DNA of 64,000 nt from the human T2T-CHM13v2.0 reference genome, Homo sapiens. The position numbers and the translations under genes are program-made. The DNA is taken from assembly GCF_009914755.1 (NCBI RefSeq), contig NC_060935.1. The stretch is one strand, 5' to 3'. Under the pieces are notes generated by a model. The model made no database searches and was not told where the DNA came from. It saw only the letters and a program-made list of their open reading frames with translations. This document shows, piece after piece, positions 1 to 14,489 of the stretch. Numbering within the stretch: the stretch's first letter is position 1; each line of letters opens with the position of its first letter.

Positions 1-810
1 TCGTAGTAATGCTGGTAGATTTCAATTTTTACAATTTATATTTGTTATGAATGTATTCACCATTCCTTAGAGTATGTTTAATTATCCTCAGTCTTTGTTC
101 TGCTTTTAAAATCCACATTGAAAAGGCAAAGTGACATGTGCTTAAGAGGTCTTTAATAAATACTTTGGTCAAGAACAGGGAGGGGGTAGTTTAATTCCTC
201 CTGATTAGACCCGCCTACCTCCCGGCCATCTGAAATTTAAATTTAAGTAAAAGTCAGTATGCTTTCTAAATAAATGCAGTTTCACAACACAACCTTTAGC
301 CCACACTCAAGCAACTATATGGCTGCCCCTAATTCCTCCTCTATTGACATTCAGGAGCTGCCAGGGTTTCTGTAAAAGTACCTGAACACAGTGGATCAAC
401 CAACAGTGGCTCTGGGGTTTAGAGTTTTGAGCAGCAGCTCAGAATGATATCCATCTGCCTTTCTGAATCACAGCCAACTTCTGGCCTCTCTGCACAGATT
501 TGGTGCAGGAAACTAGCCATACCCACGCCCACACCCACAGCTCGCCCCGTGCCTCCTTCATCTTCATAATTCTGCTCCCACCCTCTTCCCTCTTCCTTGC
601 CCTTCAAGTTGCAACACTGAACTGAGTTTATGGATGATGCTCAACAATTTATTGTTGATTAACTGATTGATTCGGTTGCTATGGAAACCATCAGATTCTA
701 GTACAACAGTGGGATTCCTTCCTGACTTTATGCTTGACAAAATGCTGACTCTCTGTGCTTGCTTCTCCCAGCTTGCCACCTCCATCTGGGTCAGGAGGAG
801 CAATTGGAAG

Positions 811-1115
811 CAGAAGCTCCAAGAGAAAGGTGGGAATGTTGGTAAACCCAGGTGAAAAAAAGCAACAAGGAGGGTAAGTGGCCCTGCAATGTGGAAATTT
901 CCATCAGAAGCAGCCTACACAGTGATTATAAGTGTCAGGGCTTTTAGATCAAGCTATACCTGGGTTCAAATCTCACTTCCTCCACTTATTAGGCTTAAGG
1001 TTAATTAAGCCTTTCAGCCTTCATTTTCTCATTTGTTTTAATTGAGATAATACTGTGCCTTTAGGTTGCCTGGAGAAATTACGAAATGATACAAGGAAGT
1101 TAGAAAGCAAAGTGC
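811..1115 (+). repeat. Diverged ~310-bp local duplication, copy A (non-repeat flank plus MIR fragment)
   Basis: Aligns by eye with 3021-3330; shared blocks include agaagcagcctacacagtgattat, ctgggttcaaatctca, tgtgcctttaggttgc and aaatgatacaag. Confidence 0.85.
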
Positions 1116-1514
1116 CTGGTACCTACGGGAGCCTTGCCCAGGCCAAGAGGGATGCAGACCTCCCATTTTTTAAGGCTCTTAGATAGAAAGTGAATAGCAA
1201 CAATATTACATAAATTGAGGAAGAGCTTTATGTATACATTTTTTTGAATTATCACTTTTTTAGTACAAAAATACAATGCAAGATTATAGGAATTCTAGAA
1301 AATATTAATTCAAGGTTCCTCATGACTCTGTGTCTAGAAATTAGACACAAAGTCTGAATGATAAATATCTTCTTCTCAGGAAATCTTTGTGATTTTATTT
1401 ATAAATTGTTTGAACATGATGTCATAGTCGAAACTTGTGGTCCTTTGTGACTGAGCTGCCCAGCATTCTGCCTCAATAAACCTCCCTGGACAGAGTAAGT
1501 GTTCATTTAGTGAT

Positions 1515-1811
<297 letters not shown>

Positions 1812-2119
1812 TTAGTAATTTTCAGCATCATCATAATGTCTCCAGTGAAGCTGAAACCACCACACATACTGCAGATGGAGTTTTGTCACTGTACACTGCA
1901 CAATGATAGGGACCCCTGGGGCACCTCCAGACAGCATGAAGGTGACTGACCTCCCTGTAGACTAACCTCCTAGACCCTGTGCATCAGTGTGACGAGTGCA
2001 TGCATTTCATGACTCAGTTCAAACGGCAGCTCCTCTTTGAACAGGACCCTGGCTGCTCACTCATAGTAATGCCCTTTTGTGTACTCCCAGTGCAGTTTAT
2101 TTATACATCTGTTTAATAA

Positions 2120-2440
2120 TTACCAGATGCTTCCAGTGTTCCCTTTGCCCCCTTGGAGTTAAATTCTTCCCAGCCCTTTTGGAGTTAAATATGGCCACAT
2201 GAATTTGATGAAGCAAACATGAGTGAAAGTGACATGCTCCTTACGAGCTAAGGCACAGTGTACTAGGGTTCCTTTCCCTCTGCCACAGCAACCAGCAACA
2301 GCTGCTATGTCAGCCTGGGCCCTAGAGTGAGAATTATATGAGTGGAGGCCATGAACATTTAGGACAAGGTTTGTTGATTAAAAACACTGAAAGTTGTCGA
2401 TTGTTACTGTAGTATTAACTGACCTATACTGATTGATACA
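2120..2440 (+). mobile_element. MLT1-type (MaLR) LTR remnant, flanked by L2-like sequence
   Basis: MLT1-like motifs (ttcccagccc...atggccacatg, gtcagcctggg) ending in ...ctgattgataca. Confidence 0.55.
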
Positions 2441-2824
2441 TTCTGTTTTAGACTGACTGTATTGTAAAAATTCTGTTTATATGTTTGTCTGTCCTCATAA
2501 CCAAGAATTTTTTAAGGGTACAAGCTGTGTCTTACTCATTTCTGATTCTGGAGCTTCCAGCACAGTGCCAACATGCACTCATATATACATAATGGATGCT
2601 TATTAATATGTGTTGGCTAGACAAGTAAACTTTAAGTGCGGTCTGTTTGAGATATCACTACATTCATTGATGGCTTCATGCCATTGCCACATCTATGCTT
2701 TTTTGGAATAAGGTCTTCATATTCCATTTCTTTATCACTTCTCGTCCTGTGGTATAAGAGGTCGTCTACCACGACATCATGGGTTATTCCCACATCTTCA
2801 GCAACTCTCCTGATTGTTTCAGAC

Positions 2825-2965
2825 ATCCATTCATCCATCCATCCATCCAGTCTTCCATCCATTCCTTTACTCATTTATACATATGTTCATTTATTCATCA
2901 AATATTGTCTGAATGTCCACTGTGTGCCAGGGACTGTGCAATAGGCTGGGAATATGGATATGCAT
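2825..2965 (-). mobile_element. L2 3' end with (CATC)n tail
   Basis: catccatccatcc...attcatcaaatattg...actgtgtgccaggg matches the reverse-complemented L2 3' terminus. Confidence 0.65.
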
Positions 2966-3020
2966 AAAATGTATTTATCTCTCTCTCCTCTCCATCTTCC
3001 CTTCCCTGTGAAGGGACAGC

Positions 3021-3330
3021 AAGAAGCTCCAAAACAAAGGTGGAAATGGTGGTAAATCTGGATGAAAAAAAGCAATGGAGACGGGAGATGAGGGCACCTG
3101 TGATGTGGAAAATTCCATTAGAAGCAGCCTACACAGTGATTATGGGTATTGGTACTTTAGGCTCAATCTAGACCTGGGTTCAAATCTCAGTTATTTCACT
3201 GATTAGGCTTAACTTTAGTTAAGTCTTTTACTTTCTGTGTCCTCAATTGTAAAATTGGAATAATATCTGTGCCTTTAGGTTGCTAGGAGAAATGAATGAA
3301 ATGATACAAGTAAGGTAGAAAGCAGAGTGC
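3021..3330 (+). repeat. Diverged ~310-bp local duplication, copy B
   Basis: Homologous to 811-1115, in direct orientation. Confidence 0.85.
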
Positions 3331-3334
3331 TTTC

Positions 3335-3495
3335 TACAAGCCAAGAAGTGGCCCCCCAACAGATACCAAGCTCTGGACCTCCTGGTGCCTTGATTTTGGA
3401 CTTCCCAGCCTTTTTCAGACCTGTGAGAAAGTAAGTTTGTTGCTTAAACCACCCAGTCTCTGGTATTTTCATTACGGCAACATGAACAGACTAAA
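3335..3495 (+). mobile_element. MLT1A-like LTR 3' fragment
   Basis: gccttgattttggacttcccagcc...aaaccacccagtctctggtatttt...gaacagactaa. Confidence 0.7.
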
Positions 3496-4557
3496 GGGAA
3501 AAAAAGACAAGCAAACAGATGTGAAAAATGCATTATATAACAAAAAAATGGTTGTCAATGCTAAGTCTAAGTTGTTTTTATGAACAAAACCTTTCAAGTT
3601 TGAAAAATACTTCCCTAGTCTAATCATCTTGTTTTTCAGACAAAGAAACTGAGGATTTGCTGGGTCAGGGAAGCAACCTTTTGCTTAGAACTCTGCTAGG
3701 TGGCTTAGGGTGCTTGAGAATCATGAGGGTCTGACCTAACCCAAGAAAGACAAGCAGTTAGGACTAGCTCTCAGCCTAAGTTTGTCAGTCTGGCTTTCCA
3801 GATCCGCTTCCATGATACACCACTGAGGGTTTTTTGTGGAAAAAAAAAAGTCAGGGGCCAAATTGGTACCATTGAATATGCTAGAGCAACATCTATTAAC
3901 AGACCACATGCAGGTCTAATGAAACACTCCCGGGGGGTTGTGTTCTCTCTGTTTGTGTATCAGCTAATAGGAGCCCTGACTGTCACAGGGCCAGAATGCA
4001 TGTGGATGTACCAGCTGCACCTATGTGTGTTGGGGTGGGAGAGGTTTTCAGGGCTTGGTTAAGCTGCATAGGCCATGACCTTGTTCCCTGTGAGGAAGCC
4101 AGAGTGTCCTAGTGGATAGAGGAGTATGGCCCTTGTCCTGGACAGATTTGGGTTCAAATGCTGAGTCAGCCACTTAAATATGAGCGTACTGAATTTCCCC
4201 ATCTGTTAAATGCAGATAACAATGTAAGTTTGTTGATAAGCGCCATTGAATAATTTACATAAAGCATAGAGGCTAGCCTATGAAAATCCACACTATATGG
4301 CAAATGTTATTGTTCCCAATGTCATCGTTAAATAAGATAACATATACAAAGTTATCAGGCCAGAGGGTGCTCAAAACAAATTATTTATTGTTTTTATTAT
4401 CAATATTATATACAAAGCATGACATTCTTAATAAACCAGCTTTGGGATGTCAGCAAGTTGACAGAATAGAAGCTTTCTACTGTTATTCTTTTGCAGAGGC
4501 ATCAGTTTTGACAAGTACTCATGAATAGTGGGAGTCTGGGAGTCCAGTGGAGAAGTT

Positions 4558-4624
4558 TTTGTTTTTGTTGTTTTTGAGATGGAGTCTTGCTCTGTCACCC
4601 AGGCTGGAGTGCGGTGGCACGATA
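4558..4624 (-). mobile_element. Severely 5'-truncated Alu (~67 bp) with a perfect 14-bp TSD
   Basis: T-rich tail plus gagatggagtcttgctctgtcacccaggctggagtgc; CCAGTGGAGAAGTT occurs at 4544-4557 and 4625-4638. Confidence 0.9.
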
Positions 4625-4703
4625 CCAGTGGAGAAGTTCCAGCACACTGTTGGAGAAAAAAATCTGAGAATAGATGCATGAAAAGAGTAAGAAGAACAGT
4701 TTT

Positions 4704-5027
4704 GGCCAGGTGCAGTGGCTCATGCCTATAATCCCAGCACTTTGGAAGGTCAAGGTGGGAGGAGCACTTGAGGTCTCAGGAGCTTAAGACCAGCCTGGGA
4801 AACACAGTGAAACTCTGTCTCTACAAAAAATGTTAAAAACAAAACAAAACAAAACTTAGCCAGGAATAGTGGCATGTGCCTACAGTCCCAGCTACTCAGG
4901 AGGCTAGAGCAGGAGGATCACTCGAGCCCAAGAGTTCCAGGTTACAGTGAGCTATGATCACACCACTATACTCCGGCCTGGGAGATAGAGCAAGACCCTG
5001 TCTCTTAAAACATAAAATATACAAAAA
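4704..5027 (+). mobile_element. AluJ
   Basis: Full dimer with J-type features (ggaggatcactcgagcccaagagtt, gagctatgatc, agaccctgtctc). Confidence 0.9.
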
Positions 5028-7823
5028 GAGTTTCACATTACGCACATCACCTCTCCTCTATGGTGGCATAGCTTGGTGCCAAGAGACACCCCCACCCAGT
5101 CCCATTTCTCCCATAGGGGAAAGTAAGAGCATAGTGAGTGACCATCCATCTCTCCCAGTCATGCAAGGTGCTGCCAACGAGGCCCACCTCTTTCTTACCT
5201 CACCTGTATTAGTGAGGTGATCAGCAAAGCTGACAGGCTGGGAGAGTCTGGGAGCAAGGAAGAGATGTTGTGTACCCTACTAACTGCTCCATAGATTCCA
5301 TCAGGAAGATTGCCCATGAGCTGTTTGGGACACCTCATCTATGGACCCCCTCCACACCTGATCCACCAGCATCCCAAATGCTCTGTGCACCTCATCTTCC
5401 CTCCCCAGGCCAGCTCCTCCTCAAGCCTGTCCCCGTGGATGGTAAGTTCATCCCATGCAGATAGCTGACTTGACTGTACAGGATTAGGAGAAGGCATACA
5501 AAGTTGAGCGTTTCAGGGCACTACCCTGTGGAAAACAAATGAGAGGCTTTCAACATCTGATCTGGCTTTGTGGGATTGAGAGAGGCAATACAATCTCAAG
5601 AATTCCCTGCCAAAAGGGAACAAGAAGTATGAAACAGGCACATTCATAAAAAAGTTTTGAGTGAGCCTCAGAATCCATAGGCAGGATAACTGGTATAGGC
5701 ATTTCTTTCCTTTTCCTGAAGCCAGTCAGTAAAGACTGAAAAAAGTGATTGTTTTTTCAAGTGTACAGACAGCAATACAAGACCTCAAGGAACAGGAAAA
5801 ATTAAGGAAACATGACAATACGAAAATAACACAATAATATTTCAGTAACTGATGCCAAAAAACGGTCATCTACAGATTGCCTGACAAAGAATTCAAAGTA
5901 ATTGTTTTAACCATTGTAGCTCAGAAAGCTACAAGAGAACACAAATAAAAAACTAAATGATATCAAGAAAACAATACCTGAACTAAAGTTCAATAAAGAG
6001 ATAGGAGTCACTTAAAAAGAACCAGACAAAATTCCAGAGATACAGAATATAAGGAATAAAATTTAAAAATGCAATAGAGTTAACAGCAGACTTGGTCAAA
6101 CAGAAGAAAGAAACTATGAAATCAAAGACAGGTTACTTGAAAATGTTGAGTCAGAGGAGGAAAAGGGAAAAAAGAATTAAAAAAAGAAGACAAAAGCCTA
6201 GAAGATTTATGGGATACCATCAAGAAAGAGCTAACATTCATGTTATGAAAGTATCAGAAGGAAAAGAGAGAGAAAAGGTTGCAGAAAACTTATATGAAGA
6301 AATAGTGGCTGAAAATTTTCTCAACCTAGGGAGATATGTGGATATCCAGTACACGAGACTCAAAGGATCCCAAATAGGTTCAACTCAAGGAAGACTTCAC
6401 AGACACATTATAACTGAACTATCAAAAATTAAAGAGAATTTTGATAGCAGCAACAGAAAAGAGTCTTGTCACATACAAAGTAATCTCTAACATTATCCGC
6501 AGGCTTTTGGCAGAAACCTTACAGGCCAGGAGAGAGTGGGATGATACATTCAAAATGCTGAAAGAAAAAAATTTTCAACCAACAATACTTCACCCATCAA
6601 AGCTGTCCTTCAGCAATGAAGAAGAAAGAAAAGCTTTCCTAGACAAAGAAAAGCTGATGGAGTCCATTCCCACTAGACCTATCTTACAAGAAATGATAAA
6701 GGGTGTTCTTTAAGCTGAAATGAAAAGATGATAATCAGTAACATGAAAACATTTGAAAGTCTGAAACTCAGTGGTAAAGCTAAGTCAAATAGAATAATAC
6801 TGTAGTGGTTCTTTGTAAATCACTTATAAGTATAGTATAAAGGTTAAAAGATGAAAGTATTAAAAATAGCAATAGCTATAATAATTTGTATAGGATGCAA
6901 CAAAAGCAGTTCTATGGGAGAAGTTTATAGTGGTAAAATGTCAACAGGAAGTTAAAATAAGTCTCACATAAACAACCTAACTTTACACATCAAGGAACTA
7001 GAAAAATAAAAACTAACATCCTAAAGTTAATAGAAGAAAGAAAATAATGAAAATCAGAGCAGAAATAAATAAAAAAGAGAGAAACAAAAGATGAACAAAA
7101 CTAAGACTTGGATTTTTGAAATGATAAACAAAATTGATAACCTTTTAGCTGGACTAAGAAGAAAAGAGAGAGGACTCAAAATCAGAAAAAAGGAGACATT
7201 ACAACTGATACCACAGAAATACAAAGGAGCATAAGAGACTATTATTAACAATTATATACCAACAAATTAGATAACCTAGAAGAAATAAGTAAGTTCCTGA
7301 AACATATAGTCTACCAGACTGAATCACAAAGAAAGAGAAAATCTGAACAGACCAATAATGAGTATGGATATTGAACAAGTAATAAAAAGCCTCCCATCAA
7401 AGAAAAGTTCAGCACCTGATGACTTCACTACAGAATTCTACCAAATATTTAAGGAACTAATACAAATCATTCTCAAACTCTTCCAAAAAATTCAATAGAG
7501 GGAACACTTTCAAACTCATTTTGCAAGGGCAACATTACCCTAATACCAAAACCAGACAAGAAAACTGAATTATAGGCCAATATCTCCGATGAACATAGAT
7601 TCAGAAGTTCTCAACCAAATACTAGCAAACCAAATTCAACCACACATTAAAAGGACTGCACACCATGATTAAGTGGAATTCATCCCAAGGGTGCAAGGAT
7701 GATTTAACATATGCAAATCAATAAATGTGATATATCACATTAACAGAATAAGGGATTTAAACCATATAATCATCTCAATAGATGCAGAAAAGGCCTTTGG
7801 CAAAATTCAATTTCCTTTTTTAA

Positions 7824-8148
<325 letters not shown>

Positions 8149-9897
8149 TAAAAAAAAAAAAAAAACCTCAACAAATTAGATACGGAAGAAATGCACTTCA
8201 ACACAATAAAGGCCATAGATGACAATTCCACAGTTAACATCATACTCAATGGTGAAAAGCTGAAAGCTTTTCATCCAAGATCTGTAACAAAACAAGCATG
8301 CCCAATCTTGCCATTTCTATTTAACCTAGCACTGAAAGTCCTAGCCAGAGCAATTAGGCAAGACAAAGAAATAAAAGGCATCCAAATCCTAAAGTAAGAA
8401 GTAAAATTGTCTCTGCAGATGACATAATCATAAATAGAAACACTAAAGATTCCATAAAATCTCAGTTAGAATTAATAAGCATATTCAGTATAGTTGCAGG
8501 TTATAAGATCAATATACAAAAATTAGTTTCTATATGCTAAAACTACTCAAAAAAGAAATTAAGAAAACAATCCTATTTTAAAAAGCATCAAAAAGAATGA
8601 AATACTTAGGAATATATTTAACCAAGGAAGTGAAAGACCTATAAACTATAAAACATTGATTAAAGAAATTGAAGATGACTCAAATAAATGGAAAGATACC
8701 CTATGTTCATGAATTAGAAGAATATTGTCAAGTGTCCTTACTACCCTAAGTAATTTATAGATTCAATATAATCCTTATCAAAAATTCCAATGGCATTTTT
8801 CACAGAAAATTCATATGGAAATACAAAAGACCCTGCATAGCCAAGGTAAAAAGAACAAAGCTGGAGGCATTACACTATCTGACTTCAAAATATATCACAA
8901 AGTTATGGTGATTAGCACAGCATGGTACTGGTGTGAAGACAGACACATAGACCAATGGAACAGAGTAGAAAGCCCAGAAATAAACCTATGCATTTATGGT
9001 CAGCTAATTTTTGCTAAAAGTGCAAGAACACACAATGGGGAAAAGACAGTCTCTTCAAATAAATGGTGTTGGTAAAACTGGATATCCATATGCTGCAGAA
9101 GAAAAGTAGACCCTCATCTCACACCACATAAAAAGTCAGTAAGAATGGATTAAAGACTTAAACATAAGACTTGTAACTATAAAACTGCTGGAGAAAAACA
9201 TAAAGGAAACTTGCATGACATTTGTCTTATTTTTCGGATATAACTCCGAAAGCATAGGCACAAAAGTGAAAATAGGATGGTATCAAACTAAAAAGCTTCT
9301 GAACAGCAAAGGAAAAAAATCAACAGAGTGAAGAGACAACATACAGAATGGGAAAAAATATTTGCAAACCATATATCTGACAAGGGGCTAATATCCAAAA
9401 TATATAAGGAACTCAACTCAAGAGCAAGAAAACCAATAACCTGATTTTTAAAATGAGCCAACAACCTGAATGGACATTCATGAAAGAAGACATGCAAATG
9501 GCTGACAGGTATATGAAAAATGGGCATCACTAATCATCAGGGAAATGCAAATTAAAACCACAATGAGATATTACCTCACACCACTTAGAACGGCTACTTT
9601 TTATCAAAAAGACAAAAGATAAGTGTTGGTGAGGATGTGAAGAAAAGGGAACACTTGCACACTGTTGGTGGTAATGTAAATTAATACTGCCATTATGGAA
9701 AACAGTCTGGAAGTTTCTGAAAAAAATAAAAATAGAACTACTCTATGATCCAGCAATCCTACTACTGGGTATATATTAAAAAAATCAGTTTGTCAAAAAG
9801 ATATTTGTACTCCATGTTAATTGCAACATTATTCACAATAGCCAAGGTATGGAATTAACAAATATGGAATTCATTGTCCCTTAATGGATCAATAAAG

Positions 9898-9902
<5 letters not shown>

Positions 9903-9932
<30 letters not shown>

Positions 9933-9948
9933 TACACACACACACACA
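9903..9948. repeat. (TA)n(CA)n microsatellite
   Basis: Directly visible dinucleotide runs. Confidence 0.95.
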
Positions 9949-10269
9949 ATGGAATACTACTGAGCCTTACAAAAATAAGGAAATCCTAACATTGGTTACA
10001 ATATGGATGAATCTGGAAGACATTACGCTAAGTGAAATAAGCTAGGTACGGAAATATAAATACCATATGATCCCACTTATATGTGTAATTTTTAAAAGAC
10101 ATACTTAGGCAGAAAGTAGAATGGTGGGGCTAAGAGCAGGTGAGAGTTGGGGAGATGTTGATCAAAGGATGAAAAATTTCAGTTAGATAGGAGGAATAAG
10201 TTCCAGAAATCTATTGTAAAATATGGTGACTACAATTAATAACAGTGTATTATATTCTTGAAAATTGCT

Positions 10270-11959
10270 CAAGGAAATCAGAGAGGACACAAACAAATGG
10301 AAAAATGTTCCATGCTCATGGATAGGAAGAATCAATATCGTGAAAATGGCCATACTATCAAAAGTAATTTATAGACTCAATGCTATTCCCATTAAACTGC
10401 CATTGACATTCTTCACAGAACTAGAATAAACTATTTTAAAATTCATACGGAATCAAGAAAGAGTCCATATAGCCAAGAAAATCCTAAGCAAAAAGAACAA
10501 AACAGGAGGCATCATGGTGCCCAACTTCAAACTATACTACAGGCTACAGTAACCAAAACATTATGTAATGGTACAAAAACAGACACATAGACCAGTGGAA
10601 TCAAATAGAGAACTCAGAAATAAGACTGCACACCTACAACCATCTGATCTTTGACAAAGCTGACAAAAACAAGCAATGGGGGAAAGATTCTCTATTTAAT
10701 AAATGGTGCTGGGAGAACTGGCTAGCCATATGCAGAAAATTGAAACTGGACCCCTTCCTTATATCTTATAGAAAAATTAACTCAAGATGGATTAAAGACT
10801 TAAATGTAAAATCCCAAACAATAAAAGCCCTAGAAGAAAATGTAGGCAATACCATTCAGGACATAGGCATGGGTAAAGATTATATGATGAAATGCCAAAG
10901 GCAACTAGAACAAAAGCTAAAATTGACAAATGGGATCATTTTAAACTGAAGAGGTTCTGCACAGCAAAAGAAACTATCATCGGAGTGAACAGACAGCCTA
11001 CAGAATGGGAGAACATTTTTGTGATCTACCCATCTGTTGAAGATCTATCCAGAGTCTATAAGGAACTTAAACAAATTTATAAGAAAAAAACAACCCCATT
11101 AAAAAGTGGGCAAAGACATAAACAGACACTTCTCAAAAGAAGACATTCATGCAGCCAACAAACATATGAAAAGGAGCTCAACATCACTGATCATTAGAGA
11201 AATGCAAATGAAAACCATAATGAGATACCATCTCATGCCAGTCAGAATGGTGATAATTAAAAAGTCCAGAAACAACAGATGCTGGTGAGGCTGCGGAGGA
11301 AAAGGAATGCTTTTACACTGTTGGTGGGAGTGTAAATTAGTTCAACCATTGTGGAAGACAGTGTGGCAATTCCTTAGAGATGTAGAGGCAGAAATACTAT
11401 TTGACCCAGCAATCTCATTACTGGGTATATACCCAAAGGAATATAAATCATTCTGTTATAAAAATACATGCACGTGTATGTTCATTGCAGCACTATTCAC
11501 AATAGCAAAAACATGGAATCAACCCAAATGCCCATCAATGATAGACTGGATAAAGAAAATGTGGTACATATACACCATGGAATACTATGCAGCCATAAAA
11601 AGGAATGAGATCATGTCCTTTGCAGGAACATGGATGGAGCTGGAAGCCATTATCCTCAGCAAACTAATGCAGGAACAGAAAACCAAACACTGCATGTTCT
11701 TACTTATAAGTGGGAGCTGAATGGTGAGAACACATGGACACATGGCAGGGGAACAACACACATTGGGGCCTGTGGGGGGTAGGGGTCGGGGGGAGGGAGA
11801 GCGTCAGGAAGAATAGCTAAGGGATGCTGGGCTTACTACCTATGTGATATGATGATCTGTGCAGTAAACCACCACGGCACGTGTTTACCTATGTAACAAA
11901 ACTGCACATTCTGCACATGTACCCCAGACCTTAAAATAAAAGTTGAAGGAAGAAAACCA
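10270..11959 (+). mobile_element. 5'-truncated L1PA13-16-like element nested in the 3'UTR of the old L1, same orientation
   Basis: ORF2 C-terminal remnants ([16 protein letters not shown]...), a 3'UTR ending cttaaaataaaagttgaag, and TSD-like gaaaattgct (10260-10269) and gaaaatcact (11960-11969). Confidence 0.88.
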
Positions 11960-13990
11960 GAAAATCACTAAGAGTAGATTTTTAATGTTCTTTCTCACCA
12001 CAAAAATTATAAGTAGGTGAGGTAATGCATATGTTAATTAGCTCAATGTAGCCATTTCACAATGTACATATTTCAAAATATGTTGTTACATAATAAATGT
12101 ATACTTTTTTGTTAGCTACACCTCAGTAAAGCTGAGGAAAGCAAGAAACCAACTTTGGATTTGAGTGTGCCCAAACCAGTGGCCAAAACCAGATTTTTGT
12201 GTGTGTAGTTAGCTCTATGTACAATTTTTTCTGTCTACACAGTTGAAACCACTAGGAAGACAGAGTATTTGCCTCGAAGCTCATTGCAGATTCTAGCAGT
12301 TTAATTTGGATGAACTGCTTGGCTTCAGAAAGAGACATGTATTGCAGTCAGGCACCCCATGTGCACAGTTAACAGAGCCCACTCAAACAGTGAAACATTA
12401 AAATCTAGTGCAAAGGTCCTCTGTGCTTCATCCAGAATTTTATAGGACTCTAAAGCCCAAACTGACCATAGGAATCACTTTTTGTGACCCAAATGTGATC
12501 CATCAAAAGGATGTGATGAAGAGAAAATTCAGGCAGTTCTGAACCAGAGCCAGAGGAGACTGTGTCGGAAGCTGTGTCTCAGCTTTGAAGACATATGTAG
12601 CCATAAAATGAACATAACATCCAGAAACAATCTTGCCAGAAGTTGTGAATTATTGGCAAAGGAAAATAACTGGGCATTGTTTGAACAAGCAAAGACATTT
12701 GAAATCTCCTGGTTCTCAAAATCACTGTGTTGCCCTAGGGCAGGTCCCAGGCCTCATCATGGCAGGAGCGGGGCAGGTGGAGACTGATGGTAGAGGGGAA
12801 CTCTGTGTACTCTAGTGCCAACCTCAACCCAGAAGTGACTATCATTTGAAAGTTGAAGGAAAGCTGAGAATCTGCATGAGACATGTATAAGATAATGAGG
12901 AGGACCCAAGCTCTCCAAGGGCAATCAGAATCAAGCATCCACACAAGATGACACAGGCAACTTCTCACATAGAGCCATTTTCCTAGAGCCATTATCTTTT
13001 CTCTCAGTTCACAAAAACATGTGACTGCCCTCTCAAAACGTCCTGTTATGAATTGAGCACAGTCCCCATTTGTAGTGTGAAAGGGCAGAGATCCAGTGGG
13101 GTTAATTCTCATGATCTGAAAACCATTGAGTGCATAGCATTTAAAGCCACTGGGTTTGCTCCATTCTAAGTCTTTTCAATAGATTTTAATTTGACACTGT
13201 TAAATTATGCATTCATGTATCCATTCACTTCTCAGCAAATATATATTGCCACTACATGCCTTCCATCTTGAAATGTCATAACCCCAGCTCCCATCCCATA
13301 TGGGACAGCTTCCTCTTTCACTCTTTGTAATTCCTTCTCCTTTTGCCCAGAAAATTTTCTCATGATAAGCATTGTGGTATAATTTAACAATGTCCATGAT
13401 CTGTGTGATGCACTATGTGTTTTCTTTTACATCTATATTTTCTTCTACGTGATGTATGTATAATGAGTATTATATGGAGAAAAAACCAGAGATTTAAATT
13501 TGAAAGTTTGGTGATGCTGCCTGCAGAATATAATCAATAGCCTGTTCCCAGAGCCCAGACAATGGATCCTCATTACACCCTTTAAACCGGTATTAGAAAC
13601 ATGCTGCTCCTTTGACTACCTCCTCCACATCAGCTCTCTACCCATGTCTTAATGGGCATCACCTTTCTTGACTGTATATTATCTTCAATCCATTTTTCAC
13701 CTGGAGTTCCTGGCGTAAGCCTAACCCTTAACATCTTTCTGGTGTCTTTCTAAGGGAAGAGGGGAGTTGAATGCCTCCTGAATAATCTCTTAAATTTTAA
13801 TTTAGGCCGTCTGACTCACTCTTTTAAGATCATTCAGTAACTTCTTATTACTTTAGAATAAATACAGACTTTTTTGCTTGACATTCCAGGAAAACTGGAT
13901 TCTCCTTATCTCTCCGGCATCCTCTATTGCCCTGAACACACTGTTCATATTCTGTTTTTCTCATTCTGAAAATAGGAAATGCAGTCAAAC

Positions 13991-14165
13991 CAGTAGTTCT
14001 CAAAGTGTAGTCTGTGGGCCAGTAGCCACAGCATTCCCTGGGTGCTTGTGAGAAGTGCAAACCCTTGGTCTTTATCCCACATCTACTGAATTAGAAACTC
14101 TGGAGGTGAGGCCACTATCTTAACCAACTATTTTAATCATCCAGATGATCCTGAAGCTTGAGAAC
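13991..14165. mobile_element. MER5A-like DNA transposon (hAT-Charlie)
   Basis: cagtagttctcaaagtgt...ctactgaattagaaactctggagg...ttgagaac, with inverted termini. Confidence 0.75.
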
Positions 14166-14171
14166 AATTAA

Positions 14172-14489
<318 letters not shown>

